A DNA stretch of 64,000 nucleotides from Octopus sinensis (taxonomy: Eukaryota): contig NC_043008.1 in NCBI RefSeq assembly GCF_006345805.1, forward strand, positions 18,848,001-18,912,000. The letters are read 5' to 3'. The position numbers and the translations under genes were made by a program. Shown here one piece after another: positions 14,461 through 28,767 of the stretch (the stretch's first letter is position 1; every line of letters starts with the position of its first letter). Under the pieces are notes generated by a model that was not told the DNA's origin, searched no databases, and was given only the letters and a program-made list of their open reading frames with translations.

Positions 14461-15038
14461 GAAGAGAGAAATGTGCTTTTTGAAGTGTCGTCATTGAAAG
14501 AAAAGTATTCTTTATATGATTGCAAAATGTCATGTGTAGTTGCCGTTCGATAATTTGATTGTTGAGGTAAGGTGGCATGATGTTACACATAGAGTAAAGA
14601 GTAAGGTTATATGGAGAGAGAAAAAGAACTCTAACATTTAGTTTCAATTATCACGACACACTAAGTGAACTCCCAATGAGAGAATAGCAATATTATCTGG
14701 GAGCAGCCAAATAAGGACAACCGAATATTCACATGCTTGACATAACAGTTAACGACATCAAAGGGTTAGGTTATTATTTGAGGAAAGCACTGGAAAGTGA
14801 TTCTAATTGATAAAAGTGAAAACGGAGTAGTAAAGTAAATAATATTGAGGAGAAAAAAAATGAAAGGTCAGTCACGAGAAATCCTGGAAATGAGGTTCCA
14901 TGTCATCAAAGTGAATGTTTTGCATTCCAGAAATGAATTTAATTGACATGAAATGTAGGATATTAATACATCCATAGCTTAATAGTTCGCTGATATGGTT
15001 AAATCTCATGTTGCTATTATATCACTTGTTCAAGATAC

Positions 15039-15610
15039 TGAGCTGGCAGAATTGTTATCACGCTGCGCAAAATGCTTTAGCGGTATTTCATCGATCCTTA
15101 CATTCTGAGTTCTAATTATTCCGAGGTCGACTTTGCCTTTCATCCTTTCAGGGTCCATAAATTAAGTACCAGTTACGCACTGGGGTCGATGTAATTGACT
15201 TAATACCGATGTATGTCCTTGTTTGTCCCCTCTATGTTTAACTCTTTGTGGGTAGTAAAGAAACAGGTATTTCGTTGAACTTTACATTCTGAGTTCCAAT
15301 TATTCCGAGGTCGACTTTGCCTTTCATCCTTTCGAGGTCGATAATTAAGTACCAGTTACGCACTGGGGTCGATGTAATCGACTTAATCCGTTTGTCTGTC
15401 CTTGTTTCTCCCCTCAATGTTAGCTCCTTGTGGGTAATAAAGAAACAGATATTTCGTCGATCTTTACGTTCTGAGTTCGAACTACGCCGAGGTCGACTTT
15501 GCCTTTTTACCCATTAGACTTGATATGTAGCAATCAAATACAGGGGTTGATAAAATCGACTAGTCCTATTCCACCACATTTCAATCCTTGTGTCTATAGT
15601 AGAGATTATT
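15039..15610 (+). mobile_element. SINE family A tandem trimer
   Basis: Tail-to-G(G/A)TATTTCGT junctions near 15265 and 15447. Confidence 0.9.
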
Positions 15611-15686
15611 ATACCAGTTGTCATAGCAACGGATATTACTTCTTGTACTAATTGTTCTGTTGTCACACGCAAAGGCAAACATATAT

Positions 15687-15982
15687 GTTTGTTCCTTCTC
15701 GAGCCATGCCTGGCTCATTAGGGCCGGTTTTCCGGTTTCCTTGGCGTATAGGTTCCCCACCTGGACGGGACGCCGTCTGTCACAGGTGAGTTGCAGGATG
15801 CAGGAAGAAAGAGTGAAAGAAAGCTATGGCGAAAAAGTCAGCAAAAGTTCGCCATTACCTTCTGCCGGAACCCCGTGGAGCTTAGGCGTCTCGCACATAA
15901 ACACACACATCACCCGGTCTGAGAACCCGCGATCCCTCGACCGCGAGTCCGCTGCTCTAACCACTACGCCACGTGCCTCCAC
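15687..15982 (-). mobile_element. tRNA-derived SINE family C
   Basis: Minus-strand head GGAGGCACGTGGCGTAGTGGTTAGAGCAGCGGACTCGCG; TSD GCAAACATATAT at 15675 and 15983. Confidence 0.9.
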
Positions 15983-16028
15983 GCAAACATATATATATAT
16001 GCATATAATGCATATATATACATGTCTG

Positions 16029-16067
<39 letters not shown>

Positions 16068-16389
16068 TATATATATATGAGCATTTGTGTCGTTTATTAT
16101 TTGTTTATGCTTTTGACACCGTCCTTGCATTTTCGGTTTTTATATATTACACCATTCAACCAACAAACGCCCGTCCTTTTTGTATTCGACCCATTCTGTA
16201 CTTCATGACCACTCACTTATATCATAGCAAACTTTTGCTGTTGATGCCCACCAAAGTGAGCATTATTATCAATAAGGTGTCGAAATTGTGAAGATGTTTG
16301 GTCAATAAGCGATGAGTGACAAACGCGTCCACCATTTTTCTGAATTTTTTATACCAGCTTTCGGTACGACTTTCGTACATTTTACTACT

Positions 16390-16444
<55 letters not shown>

Positions 16445-16449
16445 ATATT

Positions 16450-16617
16450 ATATAGCGGGCTTCTTTCTGTTTCCATCTACCAAAACCACTCACAAAGCTT
16501 TGGTCAGCCCGAGGCTATAGTAGAAGATACTAATCTAAGGTGCCATGCAGTGGGACTGAACCCGGAACCATGTGATCGGGAAGCAAGCTTCTTACCACAC
16601 AGCCACTCCTGCGCCTA
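16450..16617 (-). mobile_element. SINE family B, 5' half
   Basis: Head and body match 5525-5697. Confidence 0.85.
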
Positions 16618-16658
16618 TATATATCCTAGATATACATACATATATATATATGTATATA

Positions 16659-16719
<61 letters not shown>

Positions 16720-17374
16720 GCAGATTATGAACACACTATCACAGTAGCTACCTGAATGTGTCTATACACCTATAGACACACGTGCAGCCGCATATATAAA
16801 TCCATTTAAACACAGACAAACAGATATCTTCTATCACGGTATACACATTACATAATTCAAAATTTTATCAAATTGCCAATTAACTGTACAAGGCGCCTTT
16901 GTCGATATTTGTATATATGTATGTTTGCGTATATGTATGTTTATACATATATGTGTATATATTTTTAAAATGTTCCCCAGACACTTAAGTATTCAGAACC
17001 AGGGTTTCATCAGTTACTTTCTACAGTATTTTCCTTATTATTACAGCCATCTGCTATAGATAATATTCAAATGCTGTAAGTATTTCTAATGAATATTGAA
17101 ATTAATTGATATTTATTCCAGCAACGTAGCTTGAGTTGATAGAGCAAGAAATTATATTTCTTGTGTGAATTAGCTAATTGTTTGCTGATAAACTTAATTA
17201 TTAAATTACAGGCGTATTCAGATTGTTGACAAATGTCAGACTGAACTTTACAAGAAATAAATTGTTTTCGGAAAATTAAATATTTCAGGCTTGTATAATG
17301 AACCAAATATCTACAGAGAAGACTGATGCAATTGGGAACAGGGCAACTGATAAAATGTTGATATATATATATAT

Positions 17375-17632
17375 CTTATATGCATACCATTCTGCCTAAA
17401 AAATAGATCTACAGATGCAATATCCCTGCATATCTCACATCTATTTTCATTCTTCCACTTCACTCTCTATTTCATATCTTATCTAAATTAACTATTGCTT
17501 AACCGTTTTACTCACACCGTCTCTGATGAAAGGATATATATAATATACCGGAAACAGCTGTAAGACCTTCTATTTATAAATGTTCTAAAATCTTTCACAG
17601 CCTTGGATTTTTATCTCATTCAAAAAAAATTT
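17375..17632 (+). mobile_element. PLE-like pseudo-LTR island between (TA)n tracts
   Basis: TA-flanked; contains the HHR at 17519-17566. Confidence 0.65.
17519..17566 (+). ncRNA. type I hammerhead ribozyme motif with palindromic stem III
   Basis: GUCU-CUGAUGA-(A AGG AU-rich CCG)-GAAA-CAGCUG-UA-AGAC: stem I GUCU/AGAC, GUA cleavage triplet. Confidence 0.75.
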
Positions 17633-17809
17633 ATATATATATATAAAGTACACGCAGTTTTGGGACATATTCTCTTCTATGGATCGTTTTACTCGGAGAA
17701 GATATTTGTGAAGTGTTGTATTACTTCTGAATACTGTCCCGATATCATATGTACCATATATCTTAGGCTGTATGGATGGATATATGTGTTTATGTGTGTG
17801 TTATATAAA

Positions 17810-18100
17810 GATGCGAGGCCTGGCGGTTAGAGTGTTGTACACTCGATCGCAAGAGCATGGTGTCGATTCCCGCATTGGCGGTTTCGTTGTGTGTTTTTCA
17901 CAAAACCTTTCATTTCACCTCGCTTCAATCCACACAGGTGTAAATGGATGACCCTGTGACGGATTGGCGTTCCAATCAGTTGGAGTATTGCCCCTGCTCA
18001 CCTAACCAGCAGATTAGCGTCATTCGAAAGCTACAACAATGCAAGGAAGTGCATTGTGATAAGTGGTGTATAACAACTTTCGTTAGTCTTGTCGATACAC
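17810..18100 (+). mobile_element. degenerate SINE family C
   Basis: GGTTAGAGTGTTG...CGATTCCCG head and CCTGTGACGGATTGGCGTTCC body. Confidence 0.7.
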
Positions 18101-18140
18101 TGATACATGTGGGTGGTTGTGTGCGTACATATATATATAT

Positions 18141-18335
18141 AACGGGAAGCTTTATGAAAATAAACAAAAGACGAAGGCAGGTGGAAAACAAACGAACAAT
18201 TGTATTAGTATGGCGCTCAGGAAATATAAATGAAACAAGTATTTAACGTTTCGAGCCTACGCTCTTCAACAGAAAGATACACAGAGAGAGAAAAACACAG
18301 AAAGAAGGAGAGAAAAAAAATGCGTGCAGTAGCTA
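18141..18335 (-). mobile_element. PLE-like mini-element H1 in (TA)n; HHR motif at 18241-18276
   Basis: Core CUGUUGA-A-GAGC-GUAG-GCUC-GAAA-CGUU-AAA; TA-flanked on both sides. Confidence 0.75.
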
Positions 18336-19214
18336 ATATATATATATATATATATATAGTGACAGATGTTATGTTCTTGGGTGTGCGCGTGCAAGTCATT
18401 AATAATGTTTTACTGAAACCATATATTGCACAGAAAACGCTGGAATACAGCAATAATTGTCAATAATTTATATTGATTTAATTTCTTCAGTGTAACATTA
18501 CAGGTTTCATTTTAATTTTCCTATAATCATTGCAGCAGCACATATAAAGCCTGAATTTTAATTAAATTAAACAGCATTGGTATGATACGGTTAGCTAATG
18601 TCTATGATCACATAATGATGTATCCTTAATTCTCTAATGCATGTTTCATTTTTTTTTTTCAGCTTTCTTCGATTTAATTCTTTTGCCATTTGCTGGGTTC
18701 TTTTTTTATTTGGTTTGTTTTGTTTCGTGTTATTTATTTTTCAGAGTTCAGATAATTCTCGTTGTAATTTGTCATTTTATATAATTAAAATTTAAACAAA
18801 CATGCTAGAGAGAAAACAAACATTTTTTTTTTATCATTCTTTAGATTTAAAATTATTTCGTTCAGAGATTTAATACAAATATACCTTTAGTTGAAACAAT
18901 ACTATATTAAGAAAGTTCTAGTACATATTATAGTGAATATGTTATTTAGAAATTGGAAAGCCAAAGAGTAGAGACGAATTCATTTATAATAGTTATCCCT
19001 TAGCAAGCTCGCTAGCTATGTTGCGCTGGAGCATATGTTTAGTCCTCTCATATATATAATGCATAACTTGGTTTAAACTCAATCTTAAGCTGTTTCTGAA
19101 TGCACACTTAAATCAGGAAGTATATAATCGTGATATAAGTCTCACTCCCTAAAAATACTGGCCATTCGGCCAAATTTGGAAGCATTTTACTGTTATTATC
19201 TCTTTGCGATTTAA

Positions 19215-19485
19215 GTTGGTGAGGTGGCAAAACCGTCAACACGCCAGAAAAATGCTTAGCGGCATTTTGTACGTCTTTACATTCTTATTTCTTTATTGTC
19301 CACATAAACATAGAGGAGACATATGGGAGACAAACAAGGATAGACAGAGGGATTAAGTCGATTCCCAGACCGAGCATTGTGAGTGTTTATTATGTAAAAA
19401 TACCTAAGCTCCACCAGGCTCCGGTGAGGGTTGGGGTGAATCCCGCTATACTCTTTTACCACAACTTTCTCTCACTCTTCTTACA
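19215..19485. mobile_element. mosaic of SINE A head, inverted SINE A tail and SINE C fragment
   Basis: Recognisable family segments joined in different orientations. Confidence 0.7.
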
Positions 19486-20294
19486 TCTGCCACAAAGCAG
19501 ACGAACCATGGTGTAACCCACTATAGTATGGTAAACTTTCAGACCTTAGTCTAGATAGTCTAGATTGCGAATCCTCCTATATCCCAGGATGGTTCAGCTC
19601 TCCACCCGTTAAAAGCCACCGTTTACAGAATGAGGTTAACAACGTAGCTTTCACGCCCGTGCAACCACCAGTCTATCGTGTGTGGTTGGTGGATCTTCAA
19701 GTTGCCACATGCAGTCTTAGCAGCTTAGAGTAGGCTCGAATTAGAGATTATTCATTGTGGCTAATGGCGTGAGTCCTGATTGGAAGAAGAAGAAGAAGAA
19801 GAAGACGCAGCAACAGGACTCTCTGCTTGGTATATAGGATGAGTGAATTGATTACGCATTTTTTTGCTATGCTAGAAAATAACATTGAGGATTTTAATGT
19901 TACTTTCTTTTTCTTGAGTTTATTTGAGAGCGATTGCTGATGATGATATGATCAAAGACTCTATGATTCATTTTCTTTCTAACTAAATGCCTATGATGAA
20001 ACGTTTCGATTGTCGCAACAATCAACATTCAAATACTCAGATTAATCCTTCTGTGTATAAGCCGGATTATTTTATAAACCGTTACCAAGCAACGCTAAGG
20101 GAACATCGTTCAAAAAAACAGGACACCGAAGAAATGATTCCGGCATGTTGATTTATTCTTGAGCCATGTCTAAAAGAAAAACCTCACGTATATGTGGTAC
20201 TTCTCATCTTTTTCAGTCATTAGATAACAATCATGCTGGAGCATCGCCTTGGAATTTTTAGTGAAACAAATCAATCCGGGAACTGTTTTTTTTA

Positions 20295-20710
20295 ACTCTT
20301 ACTCTTTACTCTTTTACTTGTTTCAGTCATTTGACTGCGGCCATGCTGGAGCACCGCCTTTAGTCGAGCAAATCGATCCCGGGACTTATTCTTTGTAAGC
20401 CCAGTACTTATTCTATCGGTCTCTTTTGCCGAACCGCTAAGTGACGGGGACGTAAGCACACCAGCATCGGTTGTCAAGCAATGCTAGGGGGACAAACACA
20501 GACACACAAACATATACACACACACGCATATATATATATATACATATATACGACAGGCTTCTTTCAGTTTCCGTCTACCAAATCCACTCACAAGGCATTG
20601 GTCGGCCCGGGGCTATAGCAGAAGACACCTGCCCAAGATGCCACGCAGTGGGACTGAACCCAGAACCATGTGGTTGGTTAGCAAGCTACTTACCACACAG
20701 CCACTCCTCT
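20295..20710 (-). mobile_element. SINE family B, full copy (partial tail copy at about 20200-20290)
   Basis: Near-identical to 25352-25797. Confidence 0.92.
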
Positions 20711-21130
20711 TATTCTATCGAACTTTCAGCATCTATGTTGTGAAATTAAATCTGCTTCCAATTAACGTTACCATATTTAGTAATGCTGATTACAGCTACC
20801 TAGAATACATATCTACTGAAATAATTTGCAACCAATCATATTTGACATTAATCTTGATAAGTGTCGACTGGCAATAAAAGAAATTAGGCTTTTGAGCCTA
20901 ATTACTGCAATCATCGAGCATTCTTTTTGTAAGCTTGTAAGAGACCTAGATTCCGGTTGTTATATGCATCCAGAATCTCTATGCCATTTGACACATATTT
21001 AGAAGACATCTATCAACCATGTTCACCGCTATGAAAACGTCCTTTATTTCAGGCGCATCTCATTACAAAAATACATATCAAAATTGTAAATTAATTTTAT
21101 TACTATTTACCATTATTAAAGCATTTCTAA

Positions 21131-21720
21131 AGCGAAGAGCGGGCAGGATCGTTAGCACGCCGGACGAAATGCGTTGCCGTATTTCGTCTGCCGCTACGTT
21201 CCGAGTTCAAATTCGGCCGAGGTCGACTTTGCCTTTCATCCTTTCGGGGTCGATTAAATAAGTACCAGTTACGCACTGGGGTCGATATAATTGACTTAAT
21301 CCGTTTGTCTGTCCTTGTTTGTCCTCTCCGTGTTTAGCCCCTTGTGGGTAGTAAAGAAATAGGTATTTCGTCCATCTTTACGTTCTGAGTTCAGACTCCA
21401 CCAAGGTTGACTTTCATCCTTTCGGAGTCAATTGAATAAGTACAAGTTAAGCACTGGGGCTGATTTAATCGACTTACCTCCTCCCCCACTGATATTTCTG
21501 GCCTTGTGCCAAAATTTGAAACCGTTTTTAAAACATTCCTATGGTGGCTTTTCTTCTAACTCTGTAATTTCTGAGTTCAAATCTCGCCACAGTCACCTTT
21601 GCTTTTCATAGATTTAGTGTCGATAAAATTACGTGCCAGTCAAATACAGCGGTACGTGCAATCGAAATAACTCCACCCTCCCTTCAAAATTGATGGCCTT
21701 GTTTAAAAATTCGAAAATAT
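21131..21720 (+). mobile_element. SINE family A cluster
   Basis: Junction GTAAAGAAAT|AGGTATTTCG at 21360. Confidence 0.88.
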
Positions 21721-21809
21721 AACTTTTATCGACTTATCATTTATATCTGCTTCATCAACATTCGACTAATAAAACAGTTTTAAAACTGAAAGAACCGTTA
21801 CCTAATGAA

Positions 21810-22370
21810 ACATTCCTTAGAATTATTGCTCCGCCACTTTCCTTTAACCGGGAAGGCAAGGCAGTTTTCATGGTGCTGGTGGCCATGGCGAAAGAATGTG
21901 TAAGGTGGATTCGCTTGAAAGGCTTAGAGACAAACACTTTCCTCTTTGGCCAACCTCTCATGAACTTTATTAAGTATTACTTGAAAGGGAAGGTGAGAGT
22001 AGAGAGGGAAGTTTTGTCTAATGAAAAGTTTATTAAAAGGTAGGTTAATGTAGCAAGGATGGTACACATGAATGATGAAACCACTTTGAGCATGAAGCTA
22101 TAGAAGAAAAAGAGAAAGAATACTTTGCTCTCATGTTTTTCCCCCTAAGTTACTGTGCGTTTTTTTGTCGGGTTGTCTTTTCACTGATAACCCTAGTCAG
22201 TGTTGTATTTTGTTCCCTTTTGGGAATTTCAGTTGTTCAAATGTTTTTATGTTTTCTCCTTGTGTACACGTCCCAAAATGTTTTCAATCCAGATTGATCT
22301 GTTTTGAAAGGAAAAATTCTACATTGTATTGTCCACTCTGTTTTCGGCCCAGTGTGGCTTAATGAAGAAA
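21810..22370 (+). pseudogene. 5'-truncated Tx1/L1-like LINE: ORF2 C-terminus and 3' UTR
   Basis: Translates IIAPPLSFNREGKAVFMVLVAMAKECVRWIRLKGLETNTFLFGQPLMNFIKYYLKGKVRVEREVLSNEKFIKR*VNVARM...MKL* (stop 22101-22103). The KxxxWxxR-like motif is typical of L1/Tx1 ORF2 ends; second copy at 37866-38526. Confidence 0.75.
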
Positions 22371-22505
22371 TCTATTTGACAGAGATTTGAAATAATAAAA
22401 CAGAAAAAAAAATCACGTATTATTATTAACTTAGAATTCCTTGGAATAAACTTAATCAAAAAGGATTTCAGTCTTCCTTGTCCGTGGTGAAAGATATATT
22501 ACATA

Positions 22506-22973
22506 CTAGCTTAGTATATAGCTGTTTAGCTACTGACCCTGAATGGGAAGCACTGTAAACAGATTTCAGATTTGTTTTGGAGAATTTGTTCAATTTCTTC
22601 CTCCAGAGTCATATCCCAATGATGATCATATTCGTCGCAAAAAATTACGTAAAAAAATCGCCGAAAATAATCATTGGATTTCGTAATTAATTTCGAATAT
22701 TCCCAAAATTTATTTCCAAATTATATAAGATTGTACACAAAAATTCAGCGCGAAATATCACGTAAAAAATATCGCCGAAAACAATCGCAGTAATGAAAAC
22801 TTGGAAATCCAAAATTCCAGGATTGCGGATCTAGATTCGGACAGGAATATTTTAATTTACTCACTGGGTCGGCCTGATTCCAAAATCGGGTGATTTGGTG
22901 GGCTTCGGCTTCTATGAGTAAAGATGAAAATGTGTGACACGCTGACACTGACATTCGCATTTATTATATTAGA
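22506..22973 (-). mobile_element. possible Helitron remnant
   Basis: Minus-strand start A|TCTAATATAATAAATGC; CTAG at 22506-22509; hairpin unclear. Confidence 0.4.
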
Positions 22974-23665
22974 TTCTCTGCCGATTATGAAAATCTGGAT
23001 AACTATTAATTATGACATTTTGCTTAAAAAAAAACCTTAATCTATTATATCTTGATGAATTTGAAGGGGTAAGAAATAGCAGACAAATTGCATCAAATCA
23101 CACTTCTTACTGTTTTGTGAAAAGTGGAGTCAGATTTTATAATATAATTTTTGATAGACAAAAATTGCAGCTGTTCCTAGCTGAAATACTTTTGATTATA
23201 GGTGTGTTCAATCAGAGCTAACTTGAGGATTAACAATAATACAAACTACGATTAAGATTTCTGTCTTTTGACCAACGCCATCGAAGAAAACGTCGCTAAT
23301 TAGATATGATCAATAAAACGATACTCTTTCTTCATTCATTGGCAATTTTATGGCCAAGCGATAGTATCTTCATTTCTATCTCTCACTCCCTCTGTCTCTC
23401 ATTCTCTCTATATCTCTTCTCCAAGAACGACAAGTATCCAGAACGTTACACTTCTATACATTCTCGAGACAGAACAGTCTATTGTTTGACCTATTTATAT
23501 AAAATTTGGCTTGACACAGAACATAATTAGTTTCCTAAGACTCAGTTGTTTTATTGTCCTCTTTTGTTCCATTAATGGCTACAAGCATCTTGATTTTCGC
23601 AAAATGTCTGGTGAGGATGGATAAATAACGTGGAAGTGAGAGTATGTTACGGTAAAATGGAAGCT

Positions 23666-23897
23666 GGCGGCGAGCTGGCAGAAACGTTAGCACGCCGGGC
23701 GAGATGCTTAATGGTATTTCGTCTGCCGTTACGTTGTGAGTTCAAATTCCGCCGAAGTCGACTTTGCCTTTCATCCTATCGAGGTCGATAAATTAAGTAC
23801 CAGTTACGCACTGGGGTCGATGTAATCGACTTAATACCTATGTCTGTCCTTGTTTGTCGCCTCTATGTTTAGCCCCTTGTGGGTAATAAAGAAATAC
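23666..23897 (+). mobile_element. SINE family A, full copy with TSD
   Basis: GTAAAATGGAAGCT at 23652-23665 and 23898-23911. Confidence 0.95.
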
Positions 23898-24409
23898 GTA
23901 AAATGGAAGCTGGCTATGATTAGGCATAACTGTGGGGTTCAGATGTTTGCCTCACAATTTCGTTTATCCAGGTTCGATCTGACTGCACAGCGTCTTGGGC
24001 AACTGTCTTCCACAATACCTTTGAGCCAAACAGTTCCTCGTGGGTATAACTTTGGTACAGGATGGTAGAATCGTTATAGAATCGGTTAGAGTTTTTTGTG
24101 TTAATGATTCAGGCTCTCTGAGCTCTGAGTTTAGATGCCGAAGAGAACAAATTTGCCTTTCATCCTTTCGAAGTCAATAAATGAACTATTTGTTCTGTAT
24201 AGGAATCGGTTCTCACTTTCGCCAAATATTTCTTTCTCTCAATCTAACTTTATTTCCTTTATGGAAGAAATTGGCTGTAGCCAAATCTGGACAGGAATAT
24301 CTGATGGTGTATTAGGTACTCCATCGTCCTCTCTTAATTTCGACCAATCTTATGGTTTTCACAGTTCCACGGGTGGTATTAGTACATTATCATTTTCACT
24401 GGTAGTATA

Positions 24410-24630
24410 AGGCGGCGAACTGGCAGAATCGTTAGCACACTGGATGAAATACTTAGCGGCATATCGCCCGTCACTACGTTCTGTGTTCAAATACCGCCTA
24501 GGTCGACTTTGTCTTTCATCCTTTCGGGGTGGATAAATCAACTACCAGTTGATTACTGGGGTCGATGTAGTCGACTATCCCCCTTTCTCCAAATGTCAGG
24601 CCTTGTGCTTATAATGGAGAGGATAATCAC
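24410..24630 (+). mobile_element. SINE family A, alternative-tail subtype
   Basis: Same head and body; tail CCCCTTTCTCCAAATGTCAGGCCTTGTGC. Confidence 0.85.
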
Positions 24631-24789
24631 TGCTGGTTCTTCTTTGATCTCGGCTGTCCTTAGAGGTCAAAGAATTATGGCAACTCTAGAGAGGATACGA
24701 GAAGCATAAAAGTAACGCTCTCGTCCAACAACGACCTTATAATACGCACATGTATAAGCACACACACACGCACGCACACACACACACAC

Positions 24790-24857
<68 letters not shown>

Positions 24858-25351
24858 CTCAGAGGCACATACGCTCCGGCCGTACCTGAATATAAGCTAA
24901 AATTCTACAAACAACGCACATCACACAAATAAGGGAGCCTACACATACGACCACATACTCTCTCACAGGCGCACTCATACGTTCACACACGTATACACAC
25001 AAGGTAACGAACTGGGCTGGCATAAGAGAAGGCACTTTACAATCTAATTAGCTGTAGAGCAAAATGAAAGAATCAAATATATAAAATGTTAAAACATTAA
25101 GTAGATTCACAGATTGATATAAATATATAAATATATTAGAGAAGTGTAATGAATAATAAACAGTGTCTATGCGATTGTGCATCCGTCGAAAGGCTGACTC
25201 TTTAAGAATACTTCATATGCATAAATGTTATGTCTTTACTTAAATGAGTTGTGGCGCTCAAAGAATGCTTCTAATAATAAATATAATCAAATGTCTTTTC
25301 GAGGTGGTGCTATTAAGTTAGTCAGGGCCTGGGACAATACCGGTCGATATA

Positions 25352-25569
25352 TACTCTTTACTCTTTTGCTCTTTTACTTGTTTCCGTCATTTGACTGCGG
25401 CCATGCTGGAGCACCGCCTTTAGTCGAGAAAATCGACCCCGGGACTTATTCTTTGTAAGCCCAGTACTTATTCTATCGGTCTCTTTTGCCGAACCGCTAA
25501 GTAACGGGGACGTAAAAACCCCAGCATCGGTTGTCAAGCAATGCTAGGGGGACAAACACAGACACACAA

Positions 25570-25636
<67 letters not shown>

Positions 25637-25797
25637 TACGACAGGCTTCTTTCAGTTTCCGTCTACCAAATCCACTCACAAGGCATTGGTCGGCCCGGGA
25701 CTATAGCAGAAGACACTTGCCCAAGATGCCACGCAGTGGGACTGAACCCGGAACCATGTGGTTGGTTAGCAAGCTACTTACCACACAGCCACTCCTA
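25352..25797 (-). mobile_element. SINE family B, full copy with expanded internal (TA)n
   Basis: Homology to the other family B copies. Confidence 0.92.
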
Positions 25798-26183
25798 TAT
25801 ATGATGTTCGTCCGTCGTTGTCGACGATGATTAGAAATATAGATGAGGATTTCCAAAGTTTTCTCAACTCATGGTACGAACACGATTGGTGAATTCACTG
25901 ATAGCAGTATATAGTGTATTTTAGTAACAGTAATATGTACTTGCATGTTTGTACACATATGCACACAATCACACACACACACATATGTATGTATATATGT
26001 ATGCATATGTCTATGTGTATATACATACATGTATACACAAATACATACGCGCAAATGTTTCTTATGTGTTCTGCTTATGGGTGTCGGCGATCAAAGATCT
26101 TCGTTCTCTAGTGACCCACTTCCAATTTATCCCGTTGCTATGGCTTGCTATTAAGGGCATCAAGTATCCTCTCTGTCTGCCTG

Positions 26184-26215
<32 letters not shown>

Positions 26216-26327
26216 CCTCACTATTTCTCTCGCTCGCTCGGTAGCTCTCCTTCCCATGTTTTCCAGGTATCTCTAAGTATTCGAATCCTTGTCTTTTACT
26301 AATCCAGTGTACTTAGCATGTTACCGC

Positions 26328-26358
<31 letters not shown>

Positions 26359-26363
26359 ATATA

Positions 26364-26410
<47 letters not shown>

Positions 26411-27875
26411 AATGTATATATGTATGTATATAGTATGTTATAATGTATGTATATATGTATGTATGTATGTACTTATTTACGTGTAGGCGGAACTTGTAAT
26501 TACAATAACAAATATTGATTCATTTGTGGATTAAGCAAAACAAAATTAGTTGCTGTGTTTTCACTTTACTACTAAACTAAACGATGCATTGAAATAATAT
26601 TCTAATTACATTAAGACAATGTGATAATTATATATTTAACAAGCAGAATCGGTTTACTTGTTGTTTTTAATAGTAAATTTTAATCATCTCTTCTACATGA
26701 CCGCATTTAATTTCCGACTTGTTAAATCTTTTGTAGAAGTCATTGACAGGTAAAACAAAAGAAAACTGTCTGAAACAGCGAAGAGAAAAATCTGCCGGCA
26801 GTTAGACAGCTTCTTCTGTAAAGAGAAGAACGAATACTACATCAAAATGAAAAGATGCTGTACTATAATCTTTTATACTTGCCGTCAAGGTTGACTTCAT
26901 TAAAACGCAAAATACATCCAACGTGATTTCTTGCGAAATTTCTTCGAAATTACTTTAAAGACAGGGAGGTGATTTGAGCAGCTTGGTTAATTTTCTGAAG
27001 AGTTCTTTCTTAATGAAGCAGAACTTTAATCAAATTCTATAGTTTCCCAATGCTGGAATCTAAAAGTAACTCTCAGATTACTTTTCAGAAAAAGATTTTT
27101 TGCTAATTTTTTTTAATTAAATTTATCGATTATTGTGTTTTATTTTCGTACTGCAGGTTAATTGGAAATAAAGAGTATCAAAGAGAACGCTAGGATAAAA
27201 AAAGACTAGCCTTTATTGTTCTTCTATTAAACAAATCTAAATTGAAATAGTGGTGGGTGATCGATAATTGCAGTGGCAAATATGATGAGGTTTCATCTAT
27301 GACGAAATATTCCATTAGAGAAAATATCTGATCTTAGTGATAATATTCGAAATATTATTTCGTTTTATTCTTTACATTTTTATTTTTCGTGTTCTCTTTC
27401 ATGATTTAATTTTTTTTTTCATATTAATTCATACTTAAGACAATAACAAAATGAAAATTCAAAATACAAAAGTAAATTATACTGATAAGAATATCTTGTA
27501 AATTAGTGTAAAATTTTGTCAATTTTCAAGATGGACGAGCTTCTACCATAATACATTTATTGTTGAGTGAATAAACACATTGACTATCTGTTGGATGTAA
27601 ATGTTTATACTTACGCAACCAACCAATATATTACATGTAATATTAATACATGCACACAGACACACACACATTTATATATACACCCATATATATATATGTG
27701 CATGCAATATGCAACTATAAGTATGTATACTTACATATACATATACATACATATATATATATATATTATATATATATATATATATATCTATATATATATA
27801 TATATATATATATTTCATATATAATATATATATATAATATATATATATATATTTCATATATAAATATATGTATAC

Positions 27876-27941
<66 letters not shown>

Positions 27942-28567
27942 TATATATTCTCATGATTAAGAATATTTCTATATATTCTCACTACGGACATTGGTTCACT
28001 ATAGTGTTCTGAAATTTTGTCTGTTCAATTAAGTTGTATACATCTGTAAAGCCATGGCTTTGCTTCTTCTGTAGTGACAAGTTGGTTGGTCGATTTGTTG
28101 GTTGAATCGTTCATTCGTTGGTTGGTTCGTTCGCTCGTTGGTTCATCGTTTTCTTGTTCGCTTGCGTGCCTCGATATGATAATAGAGGACACGAAATTTT
28201 ATGCTTTTTCGTACGTTTTCTCAAAGGCGTTGGTTCTTCATGATTTCAGCTGTATTCAAACAAGTATCGATACCGTCTACCAAAGACACACATGGCATTG
28301 AATTGATCGATGTTATAGATGTGATGGGTTGAGCATGTACACATATATATATATTTTTTCATTTATTGATCTCAAGAGTTGCAAGTGTTTCCAAGACTCA
28401 TGGAAAGAAGAGACGATCGAATTCTCAAACTGAAGAACAGTTCCGAACGCTTCTAACAGATTTGACTCCACTAAAGTCATCGAAGGACAAGATGGTTGTG
28501 TTAACTGGGGCTTCAGATGAAATTTACCATCCATACATACACGTAACATATATGTACGTGTGTGTAC

Positions 28568-28604
<37 letters not shown>

Positions 28605-28767
28605 TATATATATATACATACATATATGTACACATATATTTATATATGCACATAGGCGTAGACACAGACACACAAGAATGCATAGACACCCAAGTGATAT
28701 GTAGAGAGACAGAGAGATGTGTACATACATCGATACATCGGAAACAAATGTATATATATATATATAT

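Noticed and set aside
15039-15610. CRISPR-like or satellite array
   Set aside because: Units are about 180-bp SINE bodies with no unique spacers, in a eukaryotic context.
16080-16380. Possible DNA-transposon end (minus TACGAAAG...)
   Set aside because: No partner TIR or coding evidence in the window.
16975-17020. Minus-strand CUGAUGA...GAAU ACUUAAGU HHR-like string
   Set aside because: No GAAA and no stem I pairing.
20471-20743. Recurrent peptide MSSNARGTNTD...CPRCHAVGLNPEPCG in several ORFs
   Set aside because: Antisense reading of SINE B, not a gene family.
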